Origin: Haliotis cracherodii
Taxonomy: Eukaryota
NCBI RefSeq assembly: GCF_022045235.1
Contig: NW_027266275.1
Coordinates: 81,716,001-81,780,000, forward strand
Direction of reading: 5' to 3'
DNA length: 64,000 nt
The notes beneath the pieces are model-generated. The model was not told where the DNA came from. It saw only the letters and a list, made by a program, of their open reading frames with translations, and did not search any database. The translations under genes and the position numbers were made by a program. Positions 55,917 to 64,000 of this stretch are shown here, in pieces; position 1 is the first letter of the stretch; each line of letters opens with the position of its first letter.

Positions 55917-58689
55917 TATTTTTGGATGACCCATGTCCTTATACACTTTTTCTTGACCCTCCCTGAAAAGAGAAAATGCAAAAGCGCTCTATATTTTATT
56001 TTAAAATTTCCAAAAAATATTTAGCCTCCCCTAGAGACTTTGATATTTTTTGGCGACCTTCCCTCGATTCCCTGTTGCCTGCCCACCACTGTGATAAATG
56101 ACTGGTCCCTAATGTGTTTCTGCAAGAATATGAACAGTTCTTTGTCCTTAGGATGAGGTGCTGCACTGCAGGATCATTGACAACTCAACAAACTGCAGCA
56201 GTGGCATAGAAGAGAAAGGATAAAGCATATGTAAAGCAACTAAAATACTCAGTTAATTTATTACTCCCTACTTTGGTACTTGTTCAAAAACTTTTGTTTA
56301 CCTCCCAACTGCAAGGTGACCACACTTTAAAAGTGTGTGATCCATGAAGAAGACACGGCGGTCTCAACACCTAAGGGCTGACCCAGGCCCAGGTCATAAC
56401 TTACAGAAATAACTAAATTTTCAGTCTCTTATATTTCAAAGAGTATATTCTTATAAATTGTGCAATATTGAGTTTATCTTTATATTGACCAGGAGCCTTG
56501 TAATGAGGAGAGCTTTTCATTAATAATATGTTTGAATGTCATTGGAGTATTTCAGAAAAGCGTGGGATGTAAAAGTTCTTCCCTAATTTGTGCTGTAGAT
56601 AAAAAAAAATTGATTCTTCAAGGGCAAGCTTCCTGAATCCTGATTAAGTTACAATTCATTATCATGTAGATATCACCAGGATCAAGTCTTCCGATTGGAA
56701 AAAATGGAAAATATTGACGTCATGAACCTTGGTTTTGCTTCAACGGAAAACTGAATGATGACATGAGAAGAAGAAATAGCATAGTTTGGATTTGAACAAT
56801 CCATAGTTGTATATTTGTGAGGTAATAATCAGGGCGTGGACTCATTGTGCAGACAAATCAATGCCTGCACCTTTACTTTAATGATTCTACAAAATGTAGC
56901 ACTAGGATACAACAGTACGCTAGGACTTTGACAAAGTGGGAAATGGGCTGACTCAGCAAATCTTTCTGAATGAACATACAACTCCGTGTGTAAAGCATTC
57001 ACAACAGGCTGGAATGAAAAGTCAATACTCTAGACACAACTACAGGAATATTGCTTTATACACTTTGTCTTTATAGAGTCTGCACCATGGTTAATGATAT
57101 GTCTGTTCATGCTATACAGTTAGATGACAATATGCAAAGATACATGTTTTGGGAACTATAACAAGATTCTCCCTAGTTTCATGGATGCTACATTTATTCC
57201 ACTACATATCAGTTTGTTAGTATCATGAGTGAAACTCAGCCGATCTCAGCACTGTCTGTGAGAGACATTGGAGGGATTATAAGGAAGGAAATGTATGGCT
57301 ACAAGCTACATGTAACTGTATAGCATGCATCTTGGCATTAGCTTGCTCCACCAAGTTGGCATGAACAGTACACTGCCATCCTAGTCTCTATAACCAGCTA
57401 GTTAATGGTGCATCAAGTATATAGAAACATTTGTATTGTCATTTATATGGGCTATACTTCATAAAACAACAAAATACCAAATTGCCTTAATGAACTGCTA
57501 TGTCGAAAAGATATTCTAAGTTGTTTAGCTTGTTCCCATTATTACTTTCATGAATAAAACTTTTTGAAGTTTACTGACACACTGAAAACTCATAATCAGC
57601 AAAGATTGTTTTTGTGCCAAACACACTGAATGAGATTCGAACCCGTACAACAACATTGTTACGTTCGATTATTTCATGCTTGAATACCCAGAACAACTTA
57701 ATTTGATAATTGTGTCCATTTTGCCAAATATTACAAAACATAAAAAATGTGTTTTCAAGGTGTTTCGGTATATATACACACGCTCATGCTAAACATGACT
57801 TTTTAAATTCAATTTTATGTTTGACAACAAAAGACAATACAAACATAAAGATATAACATTATATCTAAATTTATGGTATGCATGGTTGTGACAGTTCATA
57901 AGCTTTAAAGATGAGTCTCCACTGTTTGTTCTAGAGAATGAATAAATGAATATTGTTTTAAGCTGCATCAGCAATTTTCCAGCCATCTGTGTTGGGACTT
58001 GTTCTTGTAAATCAAATCGTGAAAACAATTCATGAATTTGAATGTACTACACACCAATGAAAATTTCATTATGACATGACTGTTAAATGCACTAGCTGCA
58101 ACTTTTAACCTTAGATGCCCATGTGGCACATAACGACAACTCCAGGACAGCTATGTTGATTGTCAGCTACCATCATATTAATCACCATCACAACATATAT
58201 GTACTCTACAATGAGTGAGGTGTGCTGTAACAATATCTGTACCCTGTCCAAGAGCACTCTGTTCACACACACAAACATACAGAATCACAGTTTCTTAGCA
58301 AATCTAAATGCAACTATATGTCTCTAACTCTTGTACATGTGCAGTTTACACAAGGTGAAAAATACATGGCTTCTATGTCTATTGTTATCACTGCATAAAA
58401 CATGTAGTCCTGTATACAAGTAATATATATCATGGGAAACCTTGACATTGGTGAAAAGCATTCTACTGTATTCTTCTAGTGCTATTGGCTAGGTGTGTAT
58501 CTCAGGGTTTGTCGGGAGTTCAATTCCCACATCACCACGACCATCTTGCCACTGCAGTATGTTCATACACTTATCCTTTAACATGGAACGCCCTTCACTC
58601 TGCTGACGTCTGTAGAAGTTGGAGAAGTTTGGTCTGTGTCCTTCTCTGTGAGAGAAAAGGTGTCTCATTCATTGGGAATATACGATCCA

Positions 58690-59080
58690 TATATCCTTCA
58701 AGGAACTCTTGAATTTCATGAAAAGCCTATGAACTTGTGACACCATAATGTTCTTTAAAGAATCTTTGATCTTGTGATACCATCATATTCTTTAAAGAAT
58801 CCTTTATCTTGTGATACCTGTTTTCTTTGAAGAAACTTTGATCATGTGGAACCGTCATATTCTTTAAATAATCCTTCAAGGAACTCTTGAATATTATGAA
58901 AAGCCTACAAACTTGTGATACCATCATATTCTTTAAAGAATCTTTGATCTTGTGATACCATCATATTCTTTAAAGAATCTTTGATCTTGTGATACCATCA
59001 TATTCTTTAAAGAATCCTTGATCTTGTGGTACATCCATTTCCTTTGAAGAAACTTTGATCTTGTGGTATCTCCATATTCA
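58690..59080. repeat. Diverged 37-bp minisatellite (TTTAAAGAATCTTTGATCTTGTGATACCATCATATTC)
   Basis: Direct inspection. Confidence 0.85.
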
Positions 59081-59779
59081 CTGAAGAAAGTTGCAATACC
59101 ATCACATTCCATGTCAAAGAGAAAATGTTTTTTGTTTACACTTCTAAAAAGCTCTCTTGTGGTTCCTTGACATTATGTGTGCACTAGAAGATGTGTTGGT
59201 ACCTCTATGTTTCCCCAGGATCAAATAACCATGTGTTACATTCATATTCTTTGGAGCAAGCATAATCTGATCGACCAGTACATTGCCATGTGTCGCCTCC
59301 AACTTCCGTGGAGCAACCATGATCTCACGGACGATCACAGTCAAAGTGTAACATGTTTTGGAACAAGCAGGATCCTGTAAACCATCTAATTCCAAGTGAA
59401 ATAAGGAATGCGAGCAAGCATGATCTGTTTCTCTCGTTCATTGACACATCTTCACATAAACAAGTCCATATAAACTACATGGTGTTGTTGTACCTCTTCC
59501 TTAGGGGTCAATAATCCTTTGATTACATATTGAATCAAGGAGCACCGCAACAAGTCTCAGGATTGATAGGATGCAGATGATTCTCCTCACATTTCCACTG
59601 CATACCTTGCAACATCGTCCTGATTATGGTGTAAACCTATGTATCAATCTAGATCTGTAATCCAGGTTCCCTTCAATCATATACAGACAACATGGAGTGA
59701 GGTTGATACAGTGTATACGAACACCTGGTGTCATCACAGAGTTTCTGCAATCCATTCAAGTTTCAGAGTTATTTTGCCT

Positions 59780-60164
59780 TATAGGCTTCAAAAAATTAAA
59801 GAATTGGTTCTCGGGCAATAACTATTAAAAATATAGTGCAGGCAGGCATTTTTTAATATTTTTTTTGCTTGTTCAAACTAGTATGTAACCAAATAAACAG
59901 ATGTGTACCATCAACCTAGGAAAAGGCCTCCCTACATAAACAAGCACACAAACTCCTATTGCCGCCATGACCAAAAAATGAGATGCGCAGTAAAGCAGTG
60001 TGCAAATAAAGGGAAGTAACTGCATGCTGTATTGGATTGAATTGTTTTTAAGTATTATGATTTTTGTAATTTTTAAAAAATGGAAATAAAATGAAACATG
60101 CGGTGGACTTTATGATGATGTGGGCGGTGCCTGAGAACCAAGGCTTTTATTTTTTTTAGCCTTA
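59780..60164 (-). mobile_element. TAAGGC-terminated non-autonomous DNA transposon
   Basis: Reverse complement of 30299-30666. Confidence 0.65.
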
Positions 60165-60531
60165 CACCCAATGGAATGTGTTTCGGCAGATTATCAAGGC
60201 TGGCTATTCTCTGGCACTGATGTTTGCTACAAAGTCGCGACAACTCACTCCAGTGCCTTCCATACAGAAACAGAATGTGTGTTGTCTCCCGTCAGTCCCA
60301 GTGGCCGTAAATGCTGCAAACACTGACAGGAGAATCTCTTTCAACATGGCTACTGACAATAAGATACAGGATTACTTTGCTTTGATCCAAAATCTTCAAT
60401 GTCAGTCATGCCAACAATTATATCACTGTCCACCTATCTGGGTAAGCTACAGTGTATACCCAGTATCTGATAAACTACATGATGATGTTCGCATAGGATG
60501 AGATCTCCAGAGTACACAGTGTCCTAGCATA

Positions 60532-61155
60532 TTACTTTCCCAGCAGATTCGGTGGGGATGAATGTATCACATCCGATTTATCCTCTTCAACTCTTAGATC
60601 TTCATGAGAGATTTTTAGGGCCGGGTTAATTTTGCCATTGATGTCTTTGTAAGAATCTATGATTGATGTCATTTCATCAGGAGCTATGCGAGCTGCTAGG
60701 GCAATACTTTCATCAGGTATATTTACAATACACATGAATACATCGTATCTTCGTGGGAAGATGCCAGTCTCAAATGCATACTTGAGGGGGTATGAGACTC
60801 CCACTATTGTACATAAGGTAATGAGCATGGATAGAGTCTTGAAGGGGAACAGTTGCACATTGTCCACATAGTCAAAGCCAGGGTATTTGATAATGGGTGG
60901 TACTCCGATGGCTATCTCGCCCCCAGCAAGACGGAAGAACAGGCCCAGGATGTAGCCTGCGAGGGAGCCGTACGTGTTGCTGAACTTGACGTATATGACG
61001 CAGATGAGTTGGGGGAAGAGGACGACGTAGACAAGGTCGGCACAGAGGTACCACAGTTCATAGATGGAGGTGACCATGATGGCCATGACTGTGGCCATTA
61101 TTCCCACGCCAAAGATGGCCAATCTCATCACCCACAGGATCTCCTTTTCAGAAGC
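60532..61155 (-). CDS. SLC5A7: High-affinity choline transporter (SLC5/SSS family), last coding exon
   Basis: ttccag| [11 protein letters not shown]...[20 protein letters not shown]...[10 protein letters not shown]...[10 protein letters not shown]...; matches recalled CHT1 C-terminal TM motifs; stop TAA at 60532. Confidence 0.9.
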   Translation of the reverse strand, partial: ASEKEILWVMRLAIFGVGIMATVMAIMVTSIYELWYLCADLVYVVLFPQLICVIYVKFSNTYGSLAGYILGLFFRLAGGEIAIGVPPIIKYPGFDYVDNVQLFPFKTLSMLITLCTIVGVSYPLKYAFETGIFPRRYDVFMCIVNIPDESIALAARIAPDEMTSIIDSYKDINGKINPALKISHEDLRVEEDKSDVIHSSPPNLLGK

Positions 61156-61692
61156 CTGGAAGACAGAAGTATCAAGATGAAACATGGCACAGTAGAGGAA
61201 ACATGGCACAATAGAGGAAATTCATAAGGTAGGAATATTGTTATGCTGCTCAATATGAGAATACAAAAATAAATCCTAAGTAAATTGGTAAAACAATAGT
61301 TTGATACGGAAGCTGTTTAAAAGTTTGAAAAATAGTGTCATAGCACTGTAGCTCACCTGGATGGTGAAGACAGACACTTAAGAAAGGTTCTGTTAGCATT
61401 GATGTTCAAAAGATTTCTGTAGAAATACTGAGGACAAAAAACTGTAATAAAATCTAATGATTTGAAAAAACACCATAAGGAACATACCCGTTGAACCCCA
61501 TTACTAACAACACATCTACCAAATTTCTTTATATTTTGAAAAAAATTGACCGAGTAATGGTAATATATAACTTTTTCAATATTCCCTCGATAGTACAACC
61601 TTTTGGGTGCGGATGCCATGGTGACAGGAATAACAGGGGGTGTAAATAGCCACAACATATATAGCACTGCCATTATTATTTTCCAATCGGAA

Positions 61693-63919
61693 TTTTGTAA
61701 ATTTTACTTTAAATTGTACATTTATATACTTATCTTATCTCACACTATGCATTTGTTCCTTCTTTTTTCAATCCTTTTGTAAATTTTACTTTAAATTGTA
61801 CATTTATATACTTATCTTATCTCACACAATGCATTTGTTCCTCCTTCTTTCAATCCTTATGTGGAAATGTGCTTGAACAAAGTTTCCAGCTTCGGAACAC
61901 ATTTCGCCCAAACACATACCAGTTTCACCATGGTCATCACCCCCCAAAATGGGCCAAGCACTGTAACCCTGTGAGTTGTGGGCATACATGACCTGATCAC
62001 CTGACTAGCCTGCCACATCATTCACTTCTAAGAGTTGACTGGCTACAGTATTTGTGATGCGGGGATCGTCAGGATATGGCTTGTCAGATAGGATAAGTAT
62101 ATAAATATACAATCTAATGTAAAATATACAAATTTTTAAACCTATCTCACACTATGCATTTATCCCACAGTTGGACTGTGGAGTGCAGATACCCTAGCCT
62201 GTAGAGACTACAACAGTGAGACACACACGAGGAAGCTGGCGCTAAACAGTGATACAAACAAAAAGAATCCATAACACTGCCTAGAGTTGCAAGACAATAA
62301 CTCGTGAGTGAGTAAAAATCCCATAACAGGTGATGTGAGCCCTTTATGCTAATGGGATGTAAATATGACATCAGGTATAACATGTTTTCACGTTGGACAT
62401 TATTACACGAATGGCCGCGTAGCTTGAATAGATCAATGAGCTCTGCCCAGTGGGACACTGCCAGAATGACCACCTTTGAGGTTATCATTATGGAGTCGCT
62501 TTTCTTCGACGGACCAGCACCCTGCCACCTGTAGTTCATGGAAGTGCGCTCCCTAGCCCATGGTTGAGTTGTCACCGAAGAGGTGTTGGCTCAGGAACAT
62601 CCGCAAAGAGACTCCTGCAAACATCGCCAGCCAATACTGAAGATGCGTATGCAGAGAGATTGGTAGGGAGATTGGGACCAAGTAATTGTCACTCTGGAGG
62701 TAATGCTTCAGGAAACTCTGGATTGGTGGAAGCTGAAGTTGACTCTGTGTGACTGCTTGTGCCGACATTAGGACGCCTAGTAGCTGTTGCCATTTGCGTA
62801 GAGGTAGGGGCTAGGGGTCATTTTCAGTAATCCCAGAGCAGATGCGAGTCACTTAGAGATGAGTTGCCTGGCTTGGAATGCATGTTGTCTGTGATGACCC
62901 TGACCTCAGCCATGAAAAGAACTGTGAATGAATGAATTGTGGTCGATGTCGCTCTTCCTTTGTTGTGCTGTTTTTGAAGCCAGAGGTGGTCCACGGATAC
63001 CTGGAGATGTGTGTCCCGAGGAACATCCTGGGAGACGTCCGGAATCCTTTTGGCAAAGAGGTACCAGGTAAACTATGGAAGTTGGTATAAGCGTGCCTTG
63101 AAGTGGTTGTCCCAATGACTGGCGGAGAGCTGTGATTTTACCAGCATGGTGCGAGATGAGATCCATGATACCCCAAAACTTCTCTTGAATCAGCATAACA
63201 GAACTGCTAATACAAAGCAAGATCAGAAGACACGTCAGCAGGAGACAATCCAAGAGTGCCAGTATTGTCTAATTTGAACTGAGGAGTTGAAGATGATCTC
63301 ATAAACGTCAGAACATAGCGAAAGTCTTGTCCAAATTACTGGTGGCAGCAGGCAGAAAAGGGTCTGGGAGCCAGCAATATGGCAGAGGAACCGGCGTTGG
63401 GTATGACAAAACATGCAGTACTGCGCTGTAACTGAAGTCGATCCACAATCCAAGGAAGGATAACCGCTGGATCGACATTGACTAAGCTCCCCGTAAAGCA
63501 GGTGGGGGAAGTCGGTACACCAGTGGAGGAAGGTCGTCTACAATTTAGACAACCCAGGCGTTTAGCATGTTCTGTACCCATCCTCTCTTCAAGTTAGAGT
63601 TGTAAATGTTTATACAAATGAGGACGTAGAAAAGCAAAAAAATATGTATTCTCTAAAACTCAAAACACGTCTCCACAGTGTGGCGATGAGAAAGAGCATG
63701 ATGCAGCCGGGGTAGTCAGGTGATCACGTTGTGTAAGGTCACAACATGTTGTGTAAGATTATAGTGCGTAACCCATTTGTTGGGGCGGTGACCATGGTGA
63801 TATAGAAACATGTTCAGGTGAAATGTTTTAAGAAGCTGAAAACTTTCTTCAGGCACGTTTCCACATAAGGATCGAAAGAAGAAGGATGAAATGCATAGTG
63901 TGAGATAGGAAAGTTTAAA
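61693..63919 (-). mobile_element. Decayed, internally deleted DIRS1-type (tyrosine-recombinase) retrotransposon in the SLC5A7 intron
   Basis: Diverged ~220-bp inverted terminal repeats (~61815-62030 vs ~63690-63910), internal complementary region ~62087-62161, and pseudogenised RT-connection/RNase H: RKWQQLLGVLM...LFGDNSTMG*GAHF...GCWSVEEKRLHN. Confidence 0.82.
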
Positions 63920-64000
63920 GATTCATGTCTATGTTAATTTCACTTGCTCATACCCTTTGAATTGAAATTTTCTTGTACAGTTAACTACAGTTATAACGAA

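Overview
This is eukaryotic (animal) genomic DNA, probably a mollusc. A gastropod such as abalone is my guess from the SINE repertoire; it is not verified. Three intron-containing genes are visible. (1) The 5' part of NPRL3 (GATOR1 subunit) lies on the minus strand, exons 6056->1708, and continues off the left edge. (2) A near-complete MEI1 (meiotic double-strand-break factor, ~30 coding exons, ~1300 aa) lies on the plus strand, 6483->~49.5-50.2 kb, head-to-head with NPRL3. (3) The last exon of a high-affinity choline transporter (SLC5A7-like) lies on the minus strand, 61155->60532. Introns carry many minisatellites, tRNA-derived SINEs, MITEs and a decayed DIRS1-type retroelement that still has its ITR/ICR architecture. 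The most striking pattern is that tandem repeats repeatedly originate from exon-intron junctions of both genes and copy the splice site itself. Cases include about 80 copies of the MEI1 exon-6 end plus GTGAGT donor over 5.7 kb, about 20 copies of the NPRL3 exon-5 start, and three low-copy junction duplications (45, 114 and 96 nt) that all preserve frame. Gene identities come from my recall of family sequences, not from a database search.
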